Below the pieces are notes generated by a model. The model searched no databases, had not been told where the DNA came from, and worked only from the letters and a program-made list of their open reading frames with translations. From NCBI GenBank assembly GCA_045863855.1, contig BTVV01000030.1, positions 1 through 60,382 of the forward strand: a DNA stretch of 60,382 bases. The letters run 5' to 3'. The stretch's first letter is position 1, and each line of letters starts with the position of its first letter. The position numbers and the translations under genes were made by a program. Positions 38,290 to 47,107 of this stretch are shown here, in pieces. Source of the DNA: Planctomycetota bacterium. GTDB taxonomy: Bacteria > Planctomycetota > SZUA-567 > H5-PLA8.

Positions 38290-40023
38290 CTAAATCAGTT
38301 CCGGTTCCTTCGGGTAATGCACGATCTGATCCAAGGACGCCCCCGCCGGGATCATCGGGTACACGTTCTGGCTCGGCACGCAGTGGAAGTCGATCACCGT
38401 CGGACGGTCCGTGATCTTGCGCGCTTCCTTCAAGATGTCGTCCACGTCGCCACGGTCCTTGCACGTCAGGCCCGCGCACCCGAACGCCTCCGCCACCTTA
38501 GCGAAGTCCGGGTTGTCCGACAGATCCACCTCGCTGTACTTCTCCTCGTAGAACATCTCCTGCCACTGCCGCACCATGCCGAGGTGGAAATTATTGAGGA
38601 TCGCCACCTTGACCGGCGTGCGCAGGCGTTTGCCCGTCACCAGTTCCTGGATGTTCATGATGAAGCTGCCGTCGCCGCTCACGCACCAGACTTCCTCGTC
38701 GGGGCAGGCCATCTGAGCCCCGATCGCCGCCGGCAAGCCGTAGCCCATCGTCCCCAAACCGCCGCTGGTCAGGAAATGCCGCGGCTCGACGAACGTATAG
38801 AACTGCGCCGCCCACATCTGATGCTGCCCCACATCGGTGGTGATGATCGCGCGGCCCTTGGTCAGGTCGCACAGCCGGTCGATCACGAACTGCGCCTGCA
38901 AGCCCTCGCCCGGATAGACCAGCGGATGCTCGCGCTTCTGCTTGCGCAACTCGTCGAACCACGGCTTGCGCTCCGCACGCTCCAGATGCTTGTACAGCAG
39001 CTTCAAGCTCGTCCGCACGTCGCCCATCACCGGGTACTGCGTCTTCACGTTCTTTCCGATGCAGGTCGGATCGATGTCGAAGTGGACCTTCTTGGATTCC
39101 ACCGAAAACTTGTCCAGCCGCCCCGTGATGCGGTCGTCGAAGCGCGCGCCGATCGAGACCAGCAGATCGCAGTTGTTCACCGCGAAATTCGCGTAGCTCG
39201 TCCCGTGCATCCCCAGCATGCCCATCGACTGCGCATGGTTGCCCGGAAACGCGCCCAGCGCCATCAAGGTCGTGACCACCGGCACGTTCGCGCGTTCGGC
39301 GCAGGCGCGCAATTCCTTGTACGCCCCGCTGATCACGCAGCCGCCGCCCACGTAAAAGACCGGCCGCTCGGCTTTGTTGATCGCCGCCGCCGCCGCTTCG
39401 ACCTGATCTTTCTGCGTCGGCGAAGCTTCCGCGCCCGGCGGATGGTAGCCCGGCAGGTCCATCGGCACATCCAGCGGGCCGGTGTAGGTCGCTTCCTGGA
39501 TGTCCTTTGGCACGTCGATCAGCACCGGACCCGGGCGGCCGGTCGTGGCGATGAAAAACGCCTCTTTCATCACCCGCGGCAAGTCCTTGATCGACTTGAC
39601 CAGATAGTTGTGCTTCGTCACCGGGCGCGTGATGCCCGTCACGTCGGCTTCCTGGAACGCGTCGTTGCCGATCAGATGCGTCTTCACCTGCCCGGTGATC
39701 GCCACCATCGGAATCGAATCGGTGAACGCCGTCGCCAGCCCCGTAACCAGGTTCGTCGCGCCGGGCCCCGACGTCGCCATGCAGACCGAAACCTTCCCGC
39801 TGGCCCGGTAATACCCGTCGGCCATGTGCGCGGCGCCCTGCTCGTGCCGCACCAGAATGTGCTGCAAATCGGGGAAATCGTAGAGTTCGTCGTACAGCGG
39901 GATCGTCGCCCCGCCGGGATAGCCGAAAATGTACTTCACGCCGTAGCGGCGCAGCAGCTCCAGCACCAGGCGAGCGCCGTTCATACTCACTTCTTTTTGG
40001 GCCAGCTTGGGTGAGGAGTTCAT
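38290..40023 (-). CDS. ilvB: Acetolactate synthase large subunit
   Basis: FGYPGG, RHEQGA, TSGPGATN, GQHQMW, GDGS..MN ThDP motif, MVRQWQ; start may be 39984. Confidence 0.97.
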   Translation of the reverse strand: MNSSPKLAQKEVSMNGARLVLELLRRYGVKYIFGYPGGATIPLYDELYDFPDLQHILVRHEQGAAHMADGYYRASGKVSVCMATSGPGATNLVTGLATAFTDSIPMVAITGQVKTHLIGNDAFQEADVTGITRPVTKHNYLVKSIKDLPRVMKEAFFIATTGRPGPVLIDVPKDIQEATYTGPLDVPMDLPGYHPPGAEASPTQKDQVEAAAAAINKAERPVFYVGGGCVISGAYKELRACAERANVPVVTTLMALGAFPGNHAQSMGMLGMHGTSYANFAVNNCDLLVSIGARFDDRITGRLDKFSVESKKVHFDIDPTCIGKNVKTQYPVMGDVRTSLKLLYKHLERAERKPWFDELRKQKREHPLVYPGEGLQAQFVIDRLCDLTKGRAIITTDVGQHQMWAAQFYTFVEPRHFLTSGGLGTMGYGLPAAIGAQMACPDEEVWCVSGDGSFIMNIQELVTGKRLRTPVKVAILNNFHLGMVRQWQEMFYEEKYSEVDLSDNPDFAKVAEAFGCAGLTCKDRGDVDDILKEARKITDRPTVIDFHCVPSQNVYPMIPAGASLDQIVHYPKEPELI

Positions 40024-40034
40024 GAGGCCCCCAT

Positions 40035-40062
40035 TAAAACGCCCTCAGCCGAAGCCGAGGGC
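40035..40062 (-). terminator. Terminator-like hairpin directly upstream of ilvB
   Basis: Minus strand GCCCTCGGC-TTCG-GCTGAGGGC followed by GTTTTA. Confidence 0.5.
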
Positions 40063-40235
40063 TCAACGCGCCGCAAGTTGCGTAACGAAAGACACCTTAT
40101 CCTATATCTAACCGCTTTGCAAGCATGCACTTGCAGGAATTACATATGCATTGAATATAGCATTAATATCCATGGGTTTTTAGGTTTTATGCGCTTTTGA
40201 GTACGCTCTTTGTATGCAAACGGCCCGCGTATGCC

Positions 40236-41222
40236 TTAGCTCAAGCCGTGCTCCGCCAAGTAGCGTTCCGCTTCCAAGGCCGCTTTGCAGCCCATCCCCG
40301 CCGCCGTCACCGCTTGCCGGTAGCGGCTGTCGTGGCAATCGCCCGCCGCGAAGAGCCCCACCGCGCTCGTCCGCTGCCGGTCGTCGACCTTGATGTAGCC
40401 TTGCTCGTCCAGGTCCACCACGCCCTGCAGCACCTGCGTCGTCGGGATATGCCCGATCGCAATGAAGACTCCGTCCACCTTCAGCTCTTTGAGGCTCCCG
40501 TCTTTCGTGCTCTTAAGCCGCACGCCGGTCACGCGGCGCTTGTGTCCTTCTTTCTCGTTGTTGCCCAGGATCTCCTCGATGCCCTGGTTCAGCTCCCACT
40601 TGATGTTCTTCTTGCTCTGCGCGCGCTCGATCATCACCTGGCTCGCGCGGAAGCCTTCGCGCCGGTGCACTACCGTCACTTCGCCGCAGATGTTCGAGAG
40701 GTAATTCGCCTCTTCCATCGCGCTGTCGCCGCCGCCGACGACGATCACCGGCATTTTACGGTAGAAGTTCCCGTCGCAGACGGCGCAGTACGTCACGCCT
40801 TCGCCCCACACGGCCTGCTCGGCCGATTGCTTGGGCTGGTAGTCGAACTCGCCCTTCGCGCCCAGCCGCCGCGGCGACGCCCCGGTGCAGAACAGCAGCG
40901 TGTGCGTGCGCAGGACTTCCCCCGCGCTCGTCGTCACCGTGAACGGGCCTCGCTTGCCTTCGATCTTCGACGCGGACTCCCACTTCATCTCCGCGCCGTT
41001 CCACTTGGCCTGCTCGATCATGTCGTTCATCAGCTTCGGGCCGTCGATCCCCTTCGCGAAGCCGGGATAGTTCTCGACCAGCGAGGTCTTCGTCAATTGG
41101 CCGCCCGGGCTGGAACCGGCGAGCACCATCGGCTTCAGGCCCGCGCGCGCGGTGTAGATCGCCGCCGTCAGGCCGGCCGGTCCGGAGCCGATGATCAGCG
41201 TCTTCAAAATCTCGTCGGACAT
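40236..41222 (-). CDS. trxB: Thioredoxin-disulfide reductase
   Basis: GSGPAG, GGQL, CAVCDG, GGGDSAMEEA, HRR, GDC..YRQAVTAAG.GC.AA. Confidence 0.96.
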   Translation of the reverse strand: MSDEILKTLIIGSGPAGLTAAIYTARAGLKPMVLAGSSPGGQLTKTSLVENYPGFAKGIDGPKLMNDMIEQAKWNGAEMKWESASKIEGKRGPFTVTTSAGEVLRTHTLLFCTGASPRRLGAKGEFDYQPKQSAEQAVWGEGVTYCAVCDGNFYRKMPVIVVGGGDSAMEEANYLSNICGEVTVVHRREGFRASQVMIERAQSKKNIKWELNQGIEEILGNNEKEGHKRRVTGVRLKSTKDGSLKELKVDGVFIAIGHIPTTQVLQGVVDLDEQGYIKVDDRQRTSAVGLFAAGDCHDSRYRQAVTAAGMGCKAALEAERYLAEHGLS

Positions 41223-41487
41223 GATTACGTCTCCTCGATTCGGCCGTGCATGCTGGAAGTGAATGTCGCGCCGCGCGTAAGCGATTCCCGTGTGCGTAGA
41301 GACTCTACGGAACGCGCATCGTGACGCAACTTCCGATGCCGCGGTTACCTATCGAGCGGGGGCTAATTTCCGGGTAGCGCACGAACGTGGGAATCGCTAT
41401 TCTTAAAGGGGGCATTCCATGCCGAATCGGGGTAGTGCGGCGCTCGTGAGTGAGCCGCCGCTTGTTCGTGACCGGGGGATTGCGCTG

Positions 41488-42918
41488 GTGGACATTTCGA
41501 AGCTGCTGGAAAAGGCCCGCGAGGCCGCCGAACGCCGCAATTACGACTACGCGGTGGAACTCTACAATCAGGCGCTGCAACTCAGCCCCGACGACTCGCA
41601 GGCGCGCCGCGAATTGCGCGCGGTCGAACACCGCGTCGCCAAGGAACGCGGCGTTTCGTTCATGGGCAAGGCCAAGGTGATGGCCTCCATCGGCAAAGCC
41701 AAGGGCCTCTACGCCGCCAAGAAGTACGACGGCGCGATGACCGCCTGCGAAGACGCGCTCAAGATCGATCCGGGCAGCATCGCCGCGCTGATGACGTTGG
41801 GCCAGTCCGCCATGGCCGCCGGCTACCACAACGCCGCCATCGTCACCTTCGAAGAGATCCGCGCCGGGAAGGGCGGGGGGAACGTCAAGAGCCTCGTCGA
41901 AGGCTCCCGCCACCTCGCCATGGCCTACGAGACTACCGGACAGGTCAAGGAAGCGATGGAAGTCTGGGAAGAAGTCAAACGCCTCTCGCCCGAAGACCGC
42001 GACGCCGGCGTCAAGATTCGCGACCTCTCCGCGCGCACCATGGTCAACCGGGTCGAAGCCGGCACCAAGGCCGCCGGGTCCGACAAGATGGCCGCCACCA
42101 AAGGCATCATGCGCAGCCAAGGCGACCTCGAAAAGCAGGAACGCACCCAGCAGGACATCCGCACCGATGAAGATTTGCGGCTGGCCATCGAAGACACCCG
42201 CGCCGAACTTCAGAAGCGCGGCGACGATCCGCGCACCTGGGCCAAGCTCGGCGATTTGTACAAGCGCGGCGCCAACTACGACGAGGCCAAGAAGGCCTAC
42301 CAGACGGCCATGGAGAAGGAGCCCACCAACCATACGTGGCGCTACCGCATGGACGACCTGGACATCTGGAAGGCCACCAACGAGGTCAACGAACTCGCCC
42401 AGAAGTTCAAGTCGGGCGATCAGGCCGCCAAGGACATCTACGCCAAGAAGCTCCTCGAACTCCTCGAGTTCAAGCGCCGCTCCTTCGTCGAACGCGAAAA
42501 ACAGTACAGCACCGACGGCCGCATCAAGTTCGAACTCGCGATGATTTACTTCGACCTCGCGGGGCGCAAGCGCGACAACATCATGTACGACGAAGCGATC
42601 AAGCGCTTCCAGCTCACCTTCAAAGACCCCAAATACCGCGTCGAATCCGGCCTCAAGATGGGCCAGGGCTTCGCCGCCAAGGGCCAGTTCGAACTCGCCG
42701 TCAAACGCTTCGAAGAAACCCTCGGCCACCTCGAACTGAAAGACGAGAAGTGGAAGAACTTGATGTACTGGAAGGCCGATACGCTCGAGAAGTCCGACCA
42801 GATCAAGGACGCGCTCGAGATATTCATCCAGATCTACGAAGTCGACGTCTCCTTCAAGGACGTCAGCAAGCGCGTCGAACAGCTCCAGAAGAAGCAACAG
42901 GGCGACGCCGCGGACTGA
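41488..42918 (+). CDS. TPR-containing helical protein
   Basis: TPR-like helices; strongly biased codon usage; start uncertain (GTG 41488 or ATG 41419). Confidence 0.75.
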   Translation: MDISKLLEKAREAAERRNYDYAVELYNQALQLSPDDSQARRELRAVEHRVAKERGVSFMGKAKVMASIGKAKGLYAAKKYDGAMTACEDALKIDPGSIAALMTLGQSAMAAGYHNAAIVTFEEIRAGKGGGNVKSLVEGSRHLAMAYETTGQVKEAMEVWEEVKRLSPEDRDAGVKIRDLSARTMVNRVEAGTKAAGSDKMAATKGIMRSQGDLEKQERTQQDIRTDEDLRLAIEDTRAELQKRGDDPRTWAKLGDLYKRGANYDEAKKAYQTAMEKEPTNHTWRYRMDDLDIWKATNEVNELAQKFKSGDQAAKDIYAKKLLELLEFKRRSFVEREKQYSTDGRIKFELAMIYFDLAGRKRDNIMYDEAIKRFQLTFKDPKYRVESGLKMGQGFAAKGQFELAVKRFEETLGHLELKDEKWKNLMYWKADTLEKSDQIKDALEIFIQIYEVDVSFKDVSKRVEQLQKKQQGDAAD

Positions 42919-42984
42919 GGCGGAGGCTGGCACGCGGCGTCACGGAAGGCGCGGGATGCCCTTCCATCCCCATCCCGCCATCGC

Positions 42985-45234
42985 CTACTCCTCACCCGCG
43001 TGCCTCGGCAGCTTCGACAGCACCTCGCCGATGTACGCGCGCAACTGTTCGTCGTAAAGCTGCCGGTCTTCCGCGTGGCTCACCGGAGCGGCGAATTCCA
43101 CGCGCGGGTGCTCGTCGGTATTGAGCCGGTCCGGCCGGCGCGGCGTCCACCGGCCGATGAACAGCGCTCGCAGCGTACGGTCGCTGCCCAGGTGCGGGTC
43201 GTCGCGTACGCTCTTCGCGCGGGCGGCCAGTTCGGCGCGCGCGGAGCACGCCTGCGCCAAATCCGGCGCCCGGTCGCTGCCCACCAAGCCCAGCACGGCC
43301 ACGTTCAGCCGCGGCTCGGCCCACCAGAGCGTCACGTGCGGAAAAACGGACGCAAAGCTGTCGGCGATCGTCTCGAAATCGTCCGGCCCCAACTGATACA
43401 GCGCCAGCCATTGGCAGAACAGCCCCCCAGGCTTCAGGGCGCGGCGAGCCGCGCGATAGTGCTCGACGGTGTACAAGTACCCGGTCTGGCTCTCCCAAGG
43501 CACGAACAAGTCCGATACGATGACATCGAATCGGCTCGTCTGGCCGTGCAAGAAGCGGCGGCCGTCCTCGACCGCCAGCGTCACCCGGGGATGGTCCACC
43601 AGTCCCAGGTTCGTCGCGTGCATCAGCCGGGCCGCTTCGACCACTTCGGGAATCAGCTCGGCGACGACGATGCCGCGCGGTGCGTCGTGGCTCAACGCGG
43701 CGGCGGCGGTCTGCCCGGTGCCCAAGCCCAGGAAGACCACATCGGCCGGCGCGCCGTGCAGCAAAAGCGGCAGGTGCCCCTGCCGATAGTTGCGCGCGAC
43801 CGATCGCTTGCTGGAGCCAAACGAGTAATGCAGGTTCTGCCGGATCGACAGCGACTCGTCCGGCTGCCGCACCACGTCAATCCAGCCGTACGCGCTTTCC
43901 CAGCGGCGCAGCAGCGTGTCGCCGGGCCGGAGGGCCGAGGTGTGCTGGATCGTCGCCCAATCCCATCCGAGCGCAGCACCCAGGGCGGTCAGCAGCAATA
44001 GCAATATCCACCGCCGACCGCTGCGCAGCAGCAGGATGCCGGATGCGAGCGCGTACGCCCCCGCGAGCACCGCGAAGGCGCCCCAGAGCCCCACGCTGGG
44101 CAGCAACAGGAAACTCGCCGCCAGCGCGCCCGCCGCGCTCGCCAGCGCATTGGCCGCGGTCAGTCCGCCCAACTGCCCCGGACACGCACGCCAGACGAGC
44201 GGCAGCAGCATGCCCAGCAGCGTCACGGGCGGCAGCACCACGACCACCACCAGCCGTGAGGCAGACCACAGGTAATCCATCAGCGAACCGCCGCCGGTTT
44301 GGACGTACGAGAAGCCCGTCAACCGGATGAACAGGCCGATCGAGAGCACCACCGCGACCGCGCCGCCGCCCGCCGCCCACGCGGCCAGCTTCGCGGGCGC
44401 GGCGCGGGAGCCGATCGCCGCGACCAGCGCGGTGCCTGCCGCCAGCGCGAGCAGAAATACCGCCAGCACCACTCCGAAGGTGTAGGTGCTGTTGTGGAAG
44501 ACCAGCGAGAAAAGACGCAGATAAAGCACCTGCAGCGCCAAGAGCGCGAAGCCGGAAAGCGCCGCCAGCGACAGCCATCCCGTCGCGCGGACGCTCGTTG
44601 CATCGAACGCAGGCTCTTCGGCGACCGGCGCGGCTTCACGCGTCACGCGCGAGAGCGCCAGCGCCGCCAGACCGCAAACGGCCGACACCCCCGCCGCAAG
44701 AAAGCTTGACGTACGCACCCCAACGACGGGCAGCAAATAAACGGTGGCCAGCAGCGTCCCCGTCAGCGCCCCGGCTGTATTGAGCGCATAGCCCCAACTC
44801 AGCCATCGCGGCGTCAAATAAGCGGCCATCCCTGGCCAGGTCGCGCCCAGCGCCGCCGTTGCCGGCAGCAGCAACGCGAAACTGCACGCGGCGCGCAAGC
44901 TGGCTCGGAGCCCCCACGGACCGGGATCGGGCGAGCCCAGCGGACTGGCCGCCAGCCACCCCAACAGCGTCGGCACGAGGCAGACCCACGCCGCCGCGAG
45001 CAATTCCAGCGCGCCATACGCGGCCAGCGGCCGGCGGCTCGCACGGCGTCCCGCCAGCCAGTAGCCGAGCGCCAAACCGCCCAGATAGCTGAACAGAACC
45101 AGCGCCGAACTGTGTACCGTGTGCCCGAACGCGTCCCCGAACTGCCGCGCCCAAGAGACCTCGTACACCAACGCCGCCGCGCCGGAGCAGAAGAAGAGAA
45201 TGAGGGCGCATACTACGGGGGCAGGGGAGCGCAT
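42985..45234 (-). CDS. Fused membrane domain / spermidine synthase-like SAM-binding protein
   Basis: SG.AALVYEVSW.R, many TM helices, GLGTG, EL.PEV, DGRRFL, DVIVSDLF. Confidence 0.88.
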   Translation of the reverse strand: MRSPAPVVCALILFFCSGAAALVYEVSWARQFGDAFGHTVHSSALVLFSYLGGLALGYWLAGRRASRRPLAAYGALELLAAAWVCLVPTLLGWLAASPLGSPDPGPWGLRASLRAACSFALLLPATAALGATWPGMAAYLTPRWLSWGYALNTAGALTGTLLATVYLLPVVGVRTSSFLAAGVSAVCGLAALALSRVTREAAPVAEEPAFDATSVRATGWLSLAALSGFALLALQVLYLRLFSLVFHNSTYTFGVVLAVFLLALAAGTALVAAIGSRAAPAKLAAWAAGGGAVAVVLSIGLFIRLTGFSYVQTGGGSLMDYLWSASRLVVVVVLPPVTLLGMLLPLVWRACPGQLGGLTAANALASAAGALAASFLLLPSVGLWGAFAVLAGAYALASGILLLRSGRRWILLLLLTALGAALGWDWATIQHTSALRPGDTLLRRWESAYGWIDVVRQPDESLSIRQNLHYSFGSSKRSVARNYRQGHLPLLLHGAPADVVFLGLGTGQTAAAALSHDAPRGIVVAELIPEVVEAARLMHATNLGLVDHPRVTLAVEDGRRFLHGQTSRFDVIVSDLFVPWESQTGYLYTVEHYRAARRALKPGGLFCQWLALYQLGPDDFETIADSFASVFPHVTLWWAEPRLNVAVLGLVGSDRAPDLAQACSARAELAARAKSVRDDPHLGSDRTLRALFIGRWTPRRPDRLNTDEHPRVEFAAPVSHAEDRQLYDEQLRAYIGEVLSKLPRHAGEE

Positions 45235-45286
45235 GGCTGAATTCAAACGAGATTCCCGTACGAGTCGTTACCGGCGCGGTAGAGCC

Positions 45287-45913
45287 TTAAGCATACCGCG
45301 GTTCGGCAAGCTTTGGCGTTATGGGCGGCGGTAGCAACCTTTTCTCCCAAACCAACTGAATCTCTTCCGGAAATGCCGGATATGCATTGGGCACGGCGCG
45401 GACGAGCTCGAAGCCATGACGAGCGTAGAAGCGGCACGCCGGTACGTTGATCTGCTGCGTCTCCGCGCACAACCGCCGAGCCCCGCTCGCCAGCGCCCAC
45501 CCTTCGGCGCGAGCCAGCAGCGCCGAGCCGGTCCCGCTGCGCCGCGCGTGCGGTGCTACGCGCAGATCCCAGAGCAGCGCGGCGTCCGCGGTCCCGTCGA
45601 GCAGTTCCCTGGCGGAAGCCCCCGCCACCACCGCGGCGCCACCCTCCCGGACGGCGCCGCGAAAGGCGCCCAGAAAGGTCCAGCCCGCCAAGTCGAACCT
45701 CGCCGGCCACGCGGTGGGATGGTTCCCCGGATACGAGTCGTAATCCTTGACGCAGGACGGATCCAGCCTAACCGTCTCGAAGGGAAGCCCGCGCAGCAGC
45801 GCTTCGACCGCCCGCGCATTCAATACGTCGCTTACCTCGAATGCGATCGGCACCTTCGCGTATTCCGCGAGGTCGCTCGGATCCAATTCGACGATGCGTG
45901 CCTCGTGGACCAT
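45287..45913 (-). CDS. GNAT N-acetyltransferase (streptothricin acetyltransferase-like)
   Basis: RRSGTGSALL acetyl-CoA motif; ETQ.INVPAC.FY...GF. Confidence 0.82.
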   Translation of the reverse strand: MVHEARIVELDPSDLAEYAKVPIAFEVSDVLNARAVEALLRGLPFETVRLDPSCVKDYDSYPGNHPTAWPARFDLAGWTFLGAFRGAVREGGAAVVAGASARELLDGTADAALLWDLRVAPHARRSGTGSALLARAEGWALASGARRLCAETQQINVPACRFYARHGFELVRAVPNAYPAFPEEIQLVWEKRLLPPPITPKLAEPRYA

Positions 45914-46003
45914 GGGATTCGCCGTCGCGGCTCCGCCGCCAAGCCTTCACGCCCTCGTACGCGTCCCCGCTGAATGTGCCGTACCGCCGTCGCCCTTCCA
46001 TCT

Positions 46004-46031
46004 CCGTTCGCCGTTCACCGCTTACCGTTCA
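46004..46031. repeat. Heptamer tandem repeat, 4 units
   Basis: CCGTTCG CCGTTCA CCGCTTA CCGTTCA. Confidence 0.65.
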
Positions 46032-47096
46032 CAATACCTCCGCCACTTCCACCACCCGCTTCTCCTTCGCCGCACGGTAAATCGCCTGAACGATCGCCAC
46101 GTCACGCAAACCTTCCTCGCCCGGCGACGGCGCCGGCTGCCCGTCGCGGACCGCGCGCGCGAACGCCAACTGCTGGATATGCGGGTAATCCACCGGCGTC
46201 TTCGTCCGCTTCACGCTCTCCTCGCCCGGTACCGCGATCACCTCGCCGGGCTTACGGCCCGGACCCGGATACTCCAGCACCTCGTCGCGGTACGCCTCGC
46301 GCGCCTCCAACAGCAGCTCCCCGTTGCGCGTCATCGCGAAATGGCCTTCCGTCCCGTACACCGCCGTCACGTTGCCCGTGCTCGAATAGCCCGACTCCAG
46401 CGTGATCTTCGCGCCGCTCGCCAGTTCGCCCGCCGCCGCGACCACGTCTTCGCCTTCCATCGAGTGTTTGCAGTACAGGTTGTCCGCGAAGCCGCAGACG
46501 CGCACGATCTCGTCGTCCAGCAGCCACTGGACGAGGTTCATGTTGTGGACGCCCAGTTGCATGAAGCTCCCGCCGCCGATGTTCGACGCCTGCGCGCGCC
46601 AGTGGCCGCGGTCGGTGCGCTGCAGCGGCCCGCGGTGCGCGTTGCGGACATGCACGCTCGCGATCTTCCCGAACAGCCCGCGCTCGCACATCGCTTTCAG
46701 GCTCCGGTACAGCGGCAGCCCGTGCATGACCATATGCATGCCCAGGCGCTTGCCCGCCCGCGCCGCGGCCGCGCACATCGCCTGGCACTCGGCCACCGTC
46801 GGCGCCATCGGCTTCTGGCAAAGCACGTGCTTGCCCGCCTCCAGCGCCGCGATCGCCTGCTGCGGATGGATGTGATTGGGCGTCGAGACGTCCACCATCT
46901 CCACGTCGCTCTTCAGCACCTCCGCGAAGTCCGTCGTCGCGCGCACGCCCGGGTGGCTCGCCGCCACTTCCTTCAAACGCGCTTCGTCCACGTCGTGGAG
47001 CAGCGCCAGCTCGGTATCCGCGCTCTCGCGGTACCAGTGCAGCATGCTGCGCGAGACGCCCAGACCGGTGACGGCGACTTGAATGCGGCGGGGCAT
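46029..47096 (-). CDS. Gfo/Idh/MocA family oxidoreductase
   Basis: VTGLG, TPN..H, GKHVLCQKPMA, GGG....GVH. Confidence 0.92.
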   Translation of the reverse strand: MPRRIQVAVTGLGVSRSMLHWYRESADTELALLHDVDEARLKEVAASHPGVRATTDFAEVLKSDVEMVDVSTPNHIHPQQAIAALEAGKHVLCQKPMAPTVAECQAMCAAAARAGKRLGMHMVMHGLPLYRSLKAMCERGLFGKIASVHVRNAHRGPLQRTDRGHWRAQASNIGGGSFMQLGVHNMNLVQWLLDDEIVRVCGFADNLYCKHSMEGEDVVAAAGELASGAKITLESGYSSTGNVTAVYGTEGHFAMTRNGELLLEAREAYRDEVLEYPGPGRKPGEVIAVPGEESVKRTKTPVDYPHIQQLAFARAVRDGQPAPSPGEEGLRDVAIVQAIYRAAKEKRVVEVAEVL

Positions 47097-47107
47097 GAGC
47101 GGCTCCT
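47027..47107. repeat. Direct repeat copy 1 (81 bp; SD plus first ~23 codons of the intact oxidoreductase)
   Basis: 76/81 identical to 49815-49895 by manual alignment. Confidence 0.95.

Noticed and set aside
45287..45913. Calling the GNAT a streptothricin resistance gene
   Set aside because: Family motif only; substrate cannot be determined from sequence
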